From: Cycas panzhihuaensis
Taxonomy: Eukaryota > Plantae > Cycadophyta
Direction of reading: 5' to 3'
DNA length: 64,000 nucleotides
Assembly: GCA_023213395.1 (NCBI GenBank)
Contig: CM041465.1
Span: 176,645,741-176,709,740, forward strand
A program made the position numbers and the translations under genes. Below are positions 14,560 to 28,372 of this stretch, in pieces; position 1 is the stretch's first letter, and every line of letters begins with the position of its first letter. The notes beneath the pieces were generated by a model, which worked only from the letters and a program-made list of their open reading frames with translations, was not told the origin of the DNA and did not search any database.

Positions 14560-17500
14560 TTCGATGATGTTGAGGCTGAGGAAGCCTTTCTTAGACTATA
14601 TGAAGTCTCCCTTCTTGTGTAAAGTCTCACTATCTCCTATGCCTCCATTTTACCTAAGTTACCTAAATTTTCAAGTGATTCTTCTCAAGATCCATCCTCC
14701 CATGTATAAGTGTTTATGCTTTCTTATGTTGACTTCATGCCATATGACTATGTCATGATGTACGTATTCGTTAAATCACTTCAAGGTGATGCATTAAAGT
14801 GGTTTTATCACCTCTCTTCTGCTTCCATTCTCTCGTTCTAATAATTGGTTGACTCCTTCATCAATTACTTTAATATAGTGAGACCTTTTGAATCTGGCAT
14901 TAAATCACTTTTAGTTGTCAAACAAAACCATGATGAAACTTTTAGAGACTTCATGAGGAGATTTCAAGACCATGTATATGTATGTCATTCTTAACTTAAT
15001 CCTAGTCTCCTTTTTAATTTATTCATTAATGCTTTGAGGCCCCATGTTTATATTGAAATACTTAAGCTTTGTCTTCAAACCTAAAAAGAAGTCATTGACT
15101 GATGCTTAGTCTTAGAAAGTTATGAAATATAACTAATCATTAAAAAGGTTGGGAAATTTATCCCTTCTAAAGAGACCATTAAAATGTCTAAGACTTCTCA
15201 TTCTAAGCTAACCTATGATCATCTAACTCCTTCTATTAGGTCATTGGAGTGTTTGATCAACACTAAATTATGTATTCATGGTCTTACAAAAAATTAGCTT
15301 GCTCAAGAAACAAAAGTTATTCATCTTGTTGAAGGGAGAAAGAAATAAGTTCCACCTACACCTTCTCCTTCTTTCAAGAAGACAAAGTAGTGTCCTTACC
15401 ACCAAACTGACACCCATGATAGAAGCCAATTTCATATAGTTTAATCCATAACTCAAAATATAAACACTTAAATAAATTGGGCTTCTAAAACTCCTCAAGA
15501 TCAAATGGTTTATAAAGACCCTCTACCTCAACATAAAGATAAGGAAAATAAGGATGTCAAAGGCGAGGATACATAGATTTGAGATAATGAAGGTGAACCT
15601 TCTAGTTTTGATTCATCTAAGAAGATAGCTACTCCTAATCCTTCAATAAAGCATGCTAATAGTTAAGCTTGCCCACCTCCTAAAAATGGTGAGACTGAGA
15701 AAACTATCAACATGGTAGAGATTACAAAGAGTACAAGTTTATCCAAATCACTTGATGATTTGATGTCTAAAAATCTTGACTCTTTACCTCTTATTCCCCC
15801 TTGTCCCATTAGGTTTTGATCCATTCCTCTCAATTTAACGGATGGATCGGTTTCCTTGGTCAATGAGTTAAAGACTATTCCTGTCAGCTTCTCAGTTATT
15901 GATTTGATGTAGTATTTCCCTAATAAATATTAGCTCATATTTGATACATTAGGAGTTCTTATTATAGTTGATTCATCTACTTCCATGCTTTCTTTTGAGT
16001 TAGCCACATTTCTTACTCACACTACTCATGCTCCAAATGATATCCCCCTGTTCTACATTGAAATTATTAAAGGTGCATCAACATTAAATATGCCATCATC
16101 GATGAAGAATCATTTATCAATGTAATCCCTCTTTATCTTATTAAGGATCTAGAGATTTTAGTCTTTGACCCTTATAACTAGATTTACTAAGGATATGATA
16201 AGAATCAAAAGGTTCCCCTTAGTCAAGTCACTTTCCCTTTGACTCTTAAAAAATAGACTATTCATACTAAACTTGCCATTATTGATCTTGACCTAAAATA
16301 TAATATCCTTTTGGGTAGACCATAGATTACCGAAATGGCTATTTTTTGCTCTTTCCCTTTTGGTAAACTTTGGTTCATCCTTAAGGGCAAATTAAAGATT
16401 GTTAAATATAGGTTAAAACCTATTAAATAGTTAGTCCCACTTATTGATGCTTTCTCTGAAACTAGTGAGTCATCTAATTCCTTTAAATATTTCTTTCAAT
16501 CTCTAGGTTTAGGGTAGTATTTCATCATTGAAACTCCTCCACCTCAAGGAGAAATAAAGGGAATTGATTTGGTTGAAATTATCCCTATTAAACTAGGATT
16601 TTCATCTACTCTTAATCTCTTGGGTCCTACCTATCGATCTTTGGTTTTCTCTCCTTTTTCTTATAAAGAAATGACATCACACTTTATTATATCCTATGAG
16701 GAGATAATTGTGAGTGAAATAACTAATTCAAATATTCTTCTCTCTACTCAAATTCATTTCTCACAGGTCTTATATTTGCCTTCAATGATTAATACTTTGG
16801 TTCCTTTTGTTATGCTTACTCCTTCAATGGATCATATGGTTTTATCATTATATGATGTGCTTATTCCTACCATAACTCTTTTCTCTCAGTCTTCTCTTTT
16901 TACTACATGGTTAAATTAATAAGAGAATAAAATATTGTTGCATAGGCACCCTAATTTAGAATTAGATAGTGAGGTTATTCCCTTATATATTATGTCTCAA
17001 AGAAATCAAAATATACCCAATAGAGTTTAAGAGGTGAATTTGGTTTCCATTATTTTCTTTCCTTCTTACTACCCTATTAATGATCCTCCATTATCCCTCA
17101 TATTTGTGCCTTTATATAATCAAACTTATTGCTTTTACCTTCATGAGTTTGAGTAGACTTTCACTTCAACTTAGGAATTTATTGATAGACCCATTCCTTT
17201 TTCCCAAGTTATTTCAATCATTAAGTTTATACCTTCTCATCCAAACTCTTTATTTGATGATCCCCCACCTTTTAAGTCATTTTCCTTATCTATTAACTTA
17301 CTAAAAAATCTTTTCCTCATTGGCATCTTTCATTTAGATCATTTTGAAAATGATGAGGCAATCCTTGAGCATCTAGTAGGATCAACTCCTAATCTTCCCT
17401 CTTATCATCATAAATTGGGTTTTTCAAAGATGATACAACGTGATTCACTACTAATCAACTGTTCCTAATTTTGGGAGATGTTTTCTCTTATAGAACTTGC

Positions 17501-20321
17501 TCCTCCTCATTTTAAATAGGGTAATGCTATTCTCAAGGAAGAAACTATTGATATTGACTTAGAACTAGGGGATACTACTAAAATTATTAAGCTTGGAGCT
17601 AATTATTTTGCTCAACAGATCTCTATCTTTCGTGAGTTTCATTCAGGTTTTTCTTAGCATTACAATGATATGCAAGGTCTTAATCCCTATATTATTGAAT
17701 ATAATATCATTATTATTCTTAGCATTAAACCCAAGCACTAAAAAAAAAAAGGCCTATTTATCTACATATTTCTACCACTATTAAATAGGAAATTAAAAAC
17801 TTAGTAAAAGTTAAACTCATTGAGAGTGTTGATTACTCTCAATGGGTTTTAAATATAGTCCCAATTTCTGAAAAGAATGGCTTTATTTGAATCTACATTA
17901 ACTTTTAGGATATTAATGATACCTATCCCAAAGGAAAATTTTCTCTTCCTTTTTTCAATTAAATTTGGGATCAAATGTCTAGTTTTAAAGTTATGTCCCT
18001 TATGGATAGTTTCTCTAGATATAATTAAACATCTATTATACTGCGAGACCATCATAAAACTACTTTTACTACTTCCTAGGGCACCTTTATTTATAAAGGC
18101 ATGCCTTTTGGGTTGAAGAATACCAGGGATACTTACTAAAGAGCAATGGTGTTTATTTTTTATGAACTAATTAGCAATATTATTATTATATATTTAGATG
18201 ATATGCTTGCCCTTTCTCATAAATTATAACATCATATGCATGATTTGAGAACGATTTTTGAAAGGTGTAGAAAATATTGTTTATGTTTGAATTTGTCCAA
18301 ATACATTTTTGTAATAACTTTAGGAAAGATGTTGGGTAATATTATCTCCCATGATAGAATAAGAGTAGATCCTAATAAAGTAAAAGTAATTATTAATATA
18401 CCTCCCCCAAAACCCAAAAATAGATCAAATCTTTCTTAGGTAGGCTTGGTTTTCTAAGTTGCTTCATTACTAATTTCATCTTTAATGCTAAGCCTCTCAC
18501 TAATTTGTTAAAGAAAGATGTTGAACTATAATGTATTCCTCAGGTTTAAGATTCCTTTGATAGATTAAAGTAAGCATTAATCTCAACACCCGTGCTTACT
18601 CCACTAATATTTAATAAGCCTTTCATTCTATATACTTCTTTTATGCAAAAGTCATTAACAAGTATGTTAGTATAAGAAGATGATTTTGCTAAAGAACAAG
18701 CAATCTATTTCATTAGTAGAACCCAAGTGGCAACTAAGATTCATTATTCTCCTCTTAAGATAGAATGTCTTTCTTTAGTCTTTGCCATTAGGAAGTTGTA
18801 TCACTACCTTCTTGGAAATAAGGTCCTTCTTATCACCCAATTAGATCCCATTAGATATTTACTAACTAAAACCAACCTTACTAAATAATTAGGTAAATGG
18901 TTCTCATTATTGCAAGAGTTTGATTTTTAAATTATTAATAGGAAATCTAAGAAAGGCATGTCATTGCAGAGATTATGGTTGTCACTCCTTTATCCAATCC
19001 TACTAATCAACCTGTTGATGACACTCTTCTAAATGAACACATCTTCCATGTCTAGACCATTCCTTTTGATGACCCCTGCAATAGAGAAATTAAATCTTAC
19101 CTTCATGATCAATATTTCCCTTCTTCTTCAACATCAAAGAAAAGAAAGTAAACTTGAGCTACTGTTAGGAAGTATATTTTACTTAATGCTATACTCTATA
19201 AGTGTTACTTTAATGGGATTCTATTAAAGTGTCTCTCTCTTAATAAGGCTCATGTGGCCTTAATAGAGTGCCACGATGGAATATGTGGTGGTCATTTTGG
19301 TGGTTGATCTATGGCCTAATATATCCTCTGCATAGGTTATTGTTGGCCTATCTTATTCAAAGATGCTTATGTTTACATTCAAAAGTGTGAAAAATGCCAA
19401 TCTCATGCTACTTTGATTCATAAACCTACCCAAGAGTTGAAATATGTTATTTATCCTTGGCCTTTCTCTCAATGGTGTTTTGATCTCATTAGTCAAATCT
19501 TTCTAGATTCATCTAATGGCCATAAATTCATTATTATTGTAACTAAATATTTTACCAAATAGAGTAAAGTTATTCCATTGGTTTTAGTTATAGGAAAGAT
19601 TATCACTACATTCATTTTCTAATATATTATTTATAGATTTGGGGTACCTAATGTCATCATTAGTGATAATGGGCCTTCATTTTGTAATCCCCATGTTAGT
19701 GAGTTATGTGGTGAGATTCATATTATACATAGACTATCTATCCCTTATCACCCTTAGGCAAATGGCCAAATTGAGGCATTTAACAAAACCTTAGCTAAGA
19801 TTTTAGCTAAGAAAGTGGCAACTTCCTATAGAGATTATCATATTCAATTATGTTTATCATTATGGGTGTATAGGACTTCAATTAGAAATGTTACTGGCAT
19901 GGCATATTTTTCTCTATTTTATGGTGTCGAGGCCATTCTTCCATTACATATTAAGATTCCTTAATTACGTGTTTTGCTAAAAAAATTTATTAATGAAGAG
20001 TTCTAAAGAGAGACACATCTCTTAGAACTTGAAAAAGTATATGAGACTTGTTCATAGATGTTACAAAATAATATGGCCTCTAAAGCTAGGGTTCAAGCTG
20101 CTCATGATAGATAATATAGGCCTAGGAAATTTTTTGTTACTAATAAAGTTTTGAAATTATAATATCTCCATGACAAGCAATAGAAGTTCTCTCCCAAATG
20201 GACTGGACCTTACTTAATTATCAAGGATTTAAATAATGGTGCTTATCGAATCTCTATAATAGAAGGCTTGGAATTCAAGAATCTTGTCAATTATCAATAC
20301 CTGAGGAAGTTTTATACCTAA
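14560..20321 (+). pseudogene. Gypsy H gag-pol remnant
   Basis: Gag (SLQGDALKWFY ~14780), protease C-terminus (YNILLGR ~16300), RT (MPFGLKN ~18100, YLDDML ~18190), RNase H (~18600-18950) and integrase HHCC (ECHDGICGGHF, KCEKCQ), ending KFYT* at ~20320. Confidence 0.92.
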
Positions 20322-22699
20322 TGGCTTCAAGTCTCTATAATGAGGATAAATTATGATTCTAAATTCTATTATTATCCAATGAGCTAAAACTATAGGCAAT
20401 TCTCTTTCTTAATTACTCTTGATATTCTTTTAATTTTCTTTTACTTTGATAAAGAATTCCCCTTAAAATCATATAAGACTACTATCCTTTGTGGCATACA
20501 AATTAATTATGAGTGCTCCCTTTTCAAGGTTATCTATCTTTTCTCTTTTGAGCTCCATACTCAAGAGAGAATTTGGGCCCCCAGTTTTGTCATTTATAGT
20601 CATCCTTGAGGAGAGATCTATTCATTAGCTTTAGTTACTTTATCAGTCGCTTGGTTCATTCCTCATATACTAGTTTTTTATCTTAGGGATTCCTTTTTAG
20701 GAATTCATCACCCATTTTTCTTTTCTTTTAATCATCGTTAGTCTTCTCTACTTATACTTTTCAGGTGAATACTCATTCTTTCACCTTCCCCTTATATTTG
20801 GAGACATCATGATTTTGATCTACTCTTTTCTCTCATGGTTTGATTTTAAGGAGTTCGGTTTCTTTTATTCCATTTTGGTTTCATTAAAAAGGAGAGATCC
20901 TTGTTGTATTAAGGAAAGGTACTTCATAGTTTAGATGGTTAATGCTCTTTTCTTGTAAATATTATTAAAAAAAAAAGTAGTAAGAAAAAAAAAGTCAAAA
21001 GTCAAAATTCAAAAAGAAAGTAAAAATTAAAATTAAAAAAAGGAAAAAAAAATCAATAAATATATTATTATTATCCTCTTATAATCTAGGGCAAGTCATG
21101 TGATAGTTTCATCTTCACCTATACTCATAATAGGTTGGGTTCATTTAGATAAGTCATTCAAGGTATTTAGGTCTAGTTGTATAGGCCCATCGTAGTCTTA
21201 TCTATGATCAAACCCTACTTGACACCTTTCTTTATAGCTGATTACTATTATCCTAATTATGATTTCTTCTTTTCCTCTTTATATTCAAAACCAATTTATT
21301 TTCATCTATTACCATCTCTTTACTGATTGATTCCTACACTCTCCTTTATCAATCATAACATCTCTAAATATTGGTCTTATTTTCCCATGGCATTGAGTAT
21401 TTCCACTGACAGAGGTAGTAGAGGTAACCCATGACTGTTTACTATCATTTGGGTGATCTATGACCAATTAGAAATGCCCCTCCTATTCATTAATTTATTT
21501 CTACCTAGATCAACCAACAATGAAGCCAAATATTTTGCTATTATAGGAGCATTGTCTAATATTTTCCAATCTTACTATGGACCTACCATCATTTACTGTG
21601 ACTCATAGATCATGGTTTATCAGTTAGTTAGGATATAGTAAATCTAATCTCTATGGATCCTTTCCCTTTATTATTAGGTTTCATCCTTGATGTTTGTGTT
21701 CTCTTTAGTCCCTATTCAATTTGTTCCCTAATCTTTTAATATTAAAGTTGATGCTCTAGTCTCTTTGTCTTAGATGATTATTTTGGCTAACTTTCATCTT
21801 TTGTTAGGGGCACGCTACTCTAGAATAAGCATAAACTACCATTCTATAAAGAGTATAAACTATAGGTATTGAGGAAAAAAGTTTGAGTAATATAAAGGTT
21901 AATATGATAGGTTTAAAGATGAAATGAAATGTTAGAAAAGATAGATCCATGTGGGAATTGTGGGCTGAGGAGGATCTTGGTAGGAGGTAAGTCCCTAAAA
22001 GCTTCTTACCCCTAGAAGAAGCCAATGAGAAATCCTATATACTCAAGAAACTAGTTGTTTATTAGGTGGAATTGGTTTTTCACTCTATAAACAGCATGCT
22101 TTTCTTAAGATATATTATATGAATATAAATTTTGGTCTATATTTGTATAACCTATCATGTGTATGATGTGAATTATATTAGTGTTTCTTTTTAGAAGGAC
22201 TTATATTATTCCATCATCTATTTTTAGAAATCTATCATTGTTTGGTTTTTAAGTGGTTTTACATTTATAAGAGTAGAATTGTTAATCTTTTCCATCTAGT
22301 CCCTTTTATCTTTTTATTCATTTTCTTTCCTTTATTTTTCCTTATGTTTTTACTCCTTTAAGATCTTTTTCTACTCGAAAATAAGTAATAAACTATTGTG
22401 TACATATTAATAAAAAAGTTAAAATTACATATATATATATATATATAACAAAAGACAAAAAGAAAAGAAAAATCATTATATGCTTTCAAGGATACTCACA
22501 TTAGTGAATGTATATCATACTTAATTTATACAAGAGGGATAAAAGAGAAAATGAGTTTAGAGACAATGATCTAATCACATTTGTTACACAAATTATAATG
22601 GAAACAATCAATATGCATACACACACATATATATACATAGAACATGGTTAAAATATAGTACATCTATTACTATGTATCCCATGATACAACATATGAGGC

Positions 22700-24440
22700 T
22701 CATAAAATGCCTCATATCTCCCTTCTATCTCCTTTTCATATACAAAATGTGCTCATCTCTATGAGCTCTAGTGAGATCTACCCTATCCTCCTGGCTCCAG
22801 CCTCTCCATTCTATTTGGAGTCTGCCCATACATTAACTCCCTACATGGTAGAAGTTGTCTCCCTACTAAATTGTAGTGCTCCATGATGGAGTGACTTGAC
22901 CCCTAACATCATCCTTCGTAGATGATGTCACTCATCCTCTGCCACCTAAGCTTTAACTCTTAAAGTCTTAGCTTCATTTGCATGTCCTAAATCATATCCT
23001 GAGCCTATAATGCATGACTAAAATACTCAATATAATGCCCTAATAGTGTATAGTCGAAGATGTTCTATGTTAGAGGTTTCTTTAACATGGATGCATAGGG
23101 GAAGATCAAATCTAGCATATTATGGATCTCTGAAAGTCTCATGCTCTCCTCACCTATCCATGAAAAGCACACTAATCATGATTATTCTTCTGTACAAAGG
23201 GTAGATAATTCAAAAGAAATAATCAAATATATTTAAAACATATTCTAATTAACATACATGTTGGCTATTCTCTTCATGTTGGCTCTACTACTATCTCCTC
23301 CCCTAACTATAGGATTACCTCTTCTTAAGGCTCTTGGGGAGCCTCTTGAGGAGGCTCTTCCTCTCCTCATCTGATCCCATCATCTCCTCTCTCCTAACCA
23401 TCAACCAAACCTAAATCCATACTCTAAATAGAGCCTCCTCTATCCCCACCTTGTGATCCACCTATTACTTAGAGCATGTCTCTCTCTCCTCTCCCACCTC
23501 GACTAGTCAAATGTTGTCCTCCATCTCCTCCTCCTCTATCTCCTCTCCCTCTCAGTCTTCCTATAGTCATAATAGGAGCCTCTCTTGTTGCTTCTCTCTT
23601 AACTACATCAACCTCATCATTGCTCTATATCGGCAATCCCTTAGATGGATCCTCTATTAGTTACCTCCTAATCATCTAACTTAGTAGAGGGCTATGTGTA
23701 ATCCTCATTACTATAACTACCCTATTATAAATTTAAGCTCTCATATGCCACATGTTCATTCTTGGATCCATAATAGTCAGTTCTCTCGGTGCTTCACTTA
23801 GCCTCATTAATGCAATATAGTCATATAACTAACATATCAAAATAGAATATAGGAAAACCCCCCTTGACCCTGCCTCTTAATCTTGGATAACTAAAGGCAC
23901 ATGCTATCTGCTATGTATTACCCCTAGTTCATCATGATCCCCTACTCGTACCTCCTAATTACTCCCACCCATTGTGTAATATAATAATGAGGGTAATAAT
24001 CTTCTATATTATCAAAATCCCCTTCATCATCCTCATTGCATAATAGATATACCACGAGGACCAAACAAATCAGTAAAACGAGTTAGATACTAACTACAAG
24101 CCTCTTAACACTTGTTGTCTATTACTCTATTTAGTCTAATCCTCTCCCCATGCCAACTAACTCTTAAGATCCTTTGAATATCTCTAGGAGCAATCTAGAT
24201 ATCTTTGATAGCTTATACCCTAAATATACTCCTCCTTAGGATCTAATAACTAATGAAATCATGAAGAATCTCATACTCCATCACTAATTAAGTTAATCCT
24301 CTCACCCGAGATAAGCCACATACCCTCAATAGGGCACAATCCTCTTTAGATAGTTAGCTAATTAGCTCTTCAATTGCCAACCCTTCATTTTCTCTAGTCT
24401 CTACCCTCTCTAGAGGCTATATCACCACAAAATAGTCATG
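22700..24440 (-). pseudogene. Antisense extra ORF remnant of H: PMD-like (aminotransferase-like plant mobile domain) N-terminus plus an R/G/E-rich tail
   Basis: The minus strand reads ...ILHDFISY*ILRRSIFRV*AIKDI*IAPRDIQRILRVSWHGRGL..., resembling the PMD pattern L..L.ERW...TFH...E.TIT.EDV.RIL.LP..G. Boundaries approximate. Confidence 0.55.
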
Positions 24441-24500
24441 TCAGATTATGATTTTGACTTTTGAAAAAACTTTCATTTTTAATTTTTTTTTCCTTTCAAA

Positions 24501-24572
24501 GTCAAAAATGTGATAATATAGTCAAAAACATGATAACATAGTGAAAAATGTGATAACATAGTTAAAAACACA
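24501..24572. repeat. 20-bp tandem repeat, about 3.5 copies
   Basis: GTCAAAAATGTGATAATATA / GTCAAAAACATGATAACATA / GTGAAAAATGTGATAACATA / GTTAAAAACACA. Confidence 0.85.
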
Positions 24573-24721
24573 ATCTCTTTATAAAAAATCTAATCTTCCA
24601 ATTTCTTGCCCAAATTATAAAGTCATGTTTTTTATCTTCTTATCACATTTTAGCCTAATTACCATAGCTTTGGCACTTGCATTATCATGTTTTAAATCAA
24701 AATTTTTAATTTAATATATAT

Positions 24722-24883
24722 ATGAGAGACTAGTTCCAAGAGATTAAGATTGAGGAGATGCATTGGGGAGTTAGGTATCCAATAAGTTTTCTTAATATAT
24801 ATATATATATTAAGAAAACTTATTGGATACCTAACTCCCCAATGCATCTCCTCAATCTTCACCTCTTGGAACTAGTCTCTCAT
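24722..24883. repeat. 162-bp near-perfect palindrome centred on a (TA)n tract
   Basis: 81-bp arms with only 2 mismatches (GAGATTAAG vs GAGGTGAAG) and no spacer; centre at 24802/24803. Confidence 0.97.
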
Positions 24884-25249
24884 CTAATTGGCCTCTAATC
24901 ATCTCCAAAATCTAAGGACCATACCCTCTAAACTGTGATTTCTCCAACTCCCTCACATGAAAATAAAATGAAACTTATCATTTTTTCTTATAAAAAGAGA
25001 GGGGTATTTTCTTTGTTTTTTGGACAAAATTTTTCTTTCATCCATTTCATTCATCCAGGTTAGAATTATCTCCTCTTAATACTTCCTAGATTAATTCTTC
25101 TTAAAATTAGGAAATGATACATCTTCCATCAATTAGGATTATTGTTAACGTTAATTCATTTACCTTTTTATGAGCATTTTGAAGGCTTGAATATGGTATC
25201 TTTTACTCATTTTAATACCCATTTCAATACTTATTTTGGCCCTCAAAAA

Positions 25250-25778
25250 GCTCTTAACCTTTTTACCTATTAAAGAGCTTCAACTATGATAGTGTAAAGC
25301 TTTGAAACTTTTTTTCCCATTATTGAGCTTAAACTATGATGGAAGACCCCAAAAAGTCACCTATTAATGAGATAAAACTATGGTGGTCTTAAGCTCTAAA
25401 TCCCTTTTTCCCTTTAATGAGCTTAAACTATGATGAAAGGCTCTAAAAAGTCACCTATTAATGACCTAAAACTATGGTAATCTTAAGCTCCTAACCCCTT
25501 TTTCTTATTAATGAGCTTAAACTATGATGAAAGGTCTAAACATTCACCTACTAACAAGATAAAACTATAGTAGTCTTAAGCTCCAAACCTCTTTTTCCCA
25601 TTAATAAACTTAATTATGATGGAAGGCTTTGAAAAGTCACCTACTAACAAGCTAAAACTATGATAACCCTAGACTATAATAGAAGGCTCTAAAAAGTCAC
25701 CTACTAATGAGCTTAAACTATGGTAGGCTTAAGATCCAAAAAGTCACCTATTAATAAGCCCAAAAACTATGGTAGTCT
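25250..25778. repeat. Tandem array of alternating ~50/~43-bp monomers (about 93-bp dimer) upstream of H's PPT
   Basis: The anchor AAACTAT recurs at about 25281, 25331, 25375, 25425, 25469, 25519, 25562, 25612, 25655, 25716 and 25764. Confidence 0.9.
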
Positions 25779-26131
25779 GTCCTTTATGCTTTGATTAAAA
25801 AGACTTTCCTTTAAGACTTGGTTAATGAGAGATAAATTATGACCCGCTATGCTTTTAAGCCTCGTGAAGTTTATGGGCATTTATTGTTATTTTTAATCAA
25901 GTATAAGCCCTATCTATTTGGTAAGTATTTTGGTAGTATCTTTAGCTAATCAATTTAGAGATGTCAAGGTCTATTTAGTTTGATTTTAGTACCTTTTATA
26001 ACTAATTTTTCTATCATTCACATACCTTATCTAAAGCCTTAACCTTTTGAGAAAACCTTCATCATAATCATTGTTACCTTTCACCATCCTACTCCTCTTT
26101 TGAAGGGACCTTTAGGTGCCAAGGGGGCAAA

Positions 26132-28372
26132 TGTTTCATCAAAACTAGGCTCTTAAATGATATTCATATTTATCAACAAATATTTTACTTAATTTCACTT
26201 TAATCTAATTTACTAAAAGCCTGTTTTATGTTGTATTAGGTCATATTTTGGTGAAATATAGTATTAATTTTGTGGATGATTTATGTTGGATGATGATGAT
26301 TATATTATTATGTTTTTACTTACTACTGAGTGAAAATTATAGCACCATAATCTCACCTTTATGATTATTATAACTCTATTTTCTTTCCTTGAAATGTTTC
26401 CTTATTTTATTCTTTTTCTCTTGATTCTCATCTTTAGGTTATCACTTTTTATAATTTTTGGGCTTATGCTTAAGTTTTTGCCCTTCTTGGGCTACTCTTT
26501 TGTGTTGATGAAGTCATTTATACTTAAATTTTCTTGATAAAAGATTTATTTTGACTCTTGAATGATCAATTTTTATCTTTTGTTTCATCACATTTTATTA
26601 AGAAAATCATGTTCTTCATTATTAATAAAATACGACTGATCATACTTTTGAATGTCATGCATGAAAATCTTTTAAATAATGCACTAGTTTTATATGTTGC
26701 CACCTAGATTCGATGCAAACCTACTCCATTCATTCCCAACACCCTCTAAAACCCTAGAGAGAGCATTCATTTGAATGACTGAGCTTAATGGTATGCTTTA
26801 GAGAGGATTCTCTTAGAAGTTTGAGAGCTTTCTTTGTGATTTTTTATCCCCATCTTTGAGAAAAGAAAAGAGGAGTCAAGAGAAAAAGACTTGGAGCTCT
26901 AATTATTACTTATATGCTATTCAAATTCAACTTGTTTCTACTTCTTGAGGTACTCAATTTATTGCAACTCTTTACTTTAGGCTTCATCTCTTTGGTAAGG
27001 TCATTTTCACTATTTTACCTTTTGGTTTGGTGTTATTTTAATGATTTTTTATGACTAAATATGGCTCTCTCCTCCATCTGATTTCTTAAACTCCTTCACC
27101 TACATTTTTTCCTTAGGAATTCTTGACTAAAAGGTCATCCCTTTTATGGGAAATTAAGGGAGTTGAATATTGTGAAGAGAGATCTACCTCTTCACCTCTA
27201 AATATAACTACTTCTTTTCATTCTTCTTAGTCCTCAAAGCTTCCTAAGAGATTTCAATATCACCTTTTCTTCCTTGGCTATTATTGCATTTATTCTTCTC
27301 AGTTTTCTTCCTCTCTTGTGTTTGTTTTAAGGAAAAATTTGAGAAAGATTGGTCATAATAAAGGGAGATAGCTATTCTAAGGCATAAAATTCATCATTGA
27401 AGTAAGGATTTCTAAAATTATGGGTGTTATATTCTTTGACTTTTTCTCTTCATGTTCTCTCTTTCTAGAAAAGAAGTATATATACATACATAAAATCTTC
27501 ATAGCAAATGGATTTTGCATAAGGTTCAAGGATCCCGTGGTGCCTAGAAGCTCCATTAGCGATAGAATCTCCTTATGATTTTAATTTAGTTTTTATTTCC
27601 AATGATATCAATATATAACTAGTTACATGTGAGTTTTATGGTTTCCATATCATTTTTAGTAACTAAAATCATATTTGAAATCTCTCACTTCCATTGAAAT
27701 TACCATTAAATTTCAAAATAACATATGCATGAATTGAAAGGTTTTACATAAGCACAACATGCTATTTTAGCTCCCATCAAATTACATTTAATATTGTATG
27801 ACATAGCATATGCATCTCATGTTTATTACTTTTATGTTTGAAGAGAAGTTTGTTATGCATCTTTAGAAGATAGCATCTCTTTCATTTTAGTGTTTTGTAT
27901 TTAGAAAAAAAAAGGTAATAACATGCATGGTTTATTTTCTTTGCTTATCTTGAAAGGATAGTTAGATTTTATTGTTTCATTATTCTTTCTTTTGCATTAT
28001 TTAAAAACATATCAAATCTTCCATTACTTAACCCTTTTCTTTATTATAGCAAACCTAAAAAGTTAAAATAGTATAAGGAAAGAGACCCTAAGAAGGATAC
28101 AAAAGACATTATTAGTGTAATTCTAGACTTAGAACTTCTCTACTTGCTTGTGTAGGCTAATGGATCCTAGTTCTCCTCCTTATATCCTAACCTTTTGTTA
28201 TCACATACATATTCAAACTTAATGACATAAACAGTTAGAGACTCCTTCTTAGGAGTTGGCAAAGGTGGTCCTTAGGCTTCCATAGGCTCTTTATCTCTTG
28301 ATCTAGACTTGAAATAAAGGAAATGTAATATCATTAAGGGATACTTAACCTAGGTTAAACTAAAGTATACCA
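26132..28372 (+). repeat. 3' LTR of H
   Basis: Follows the PPT; ends ...AAAGTATACCA next to TSD GCTAG. Confidence 0.95.

Larger units (their letters stand above)
11074..28372 (+). mobile_element. Full-length degenerate Tat/Ogre-like Gypsy H (17.3 kb)
   Basis: LTRs of about 2.25 kb at 11074-13347 and 26132-28372, both TG...CA. TSD GCTAA (11069-11073)/GCTAG (28373-28377). PBS at 13354-13371, PPT AAGGGGGCAA at 26121-26130. Domain order gag-PR-RT-RH-INT followed by a long 3' region. Confidence 0.95.

Noticed and set aside
23476-23679. Proline-rich extensin-like ORF on the + strand
   Set aside because: It is the reverse complement of the G/A-rich tail of H's antisense ORF.
24722-24883. MITE
   Set aside because: There is no internal spacer and no symmetric TSD, and the right arm runs on into element sequence. 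A local inverted duplication fits better.
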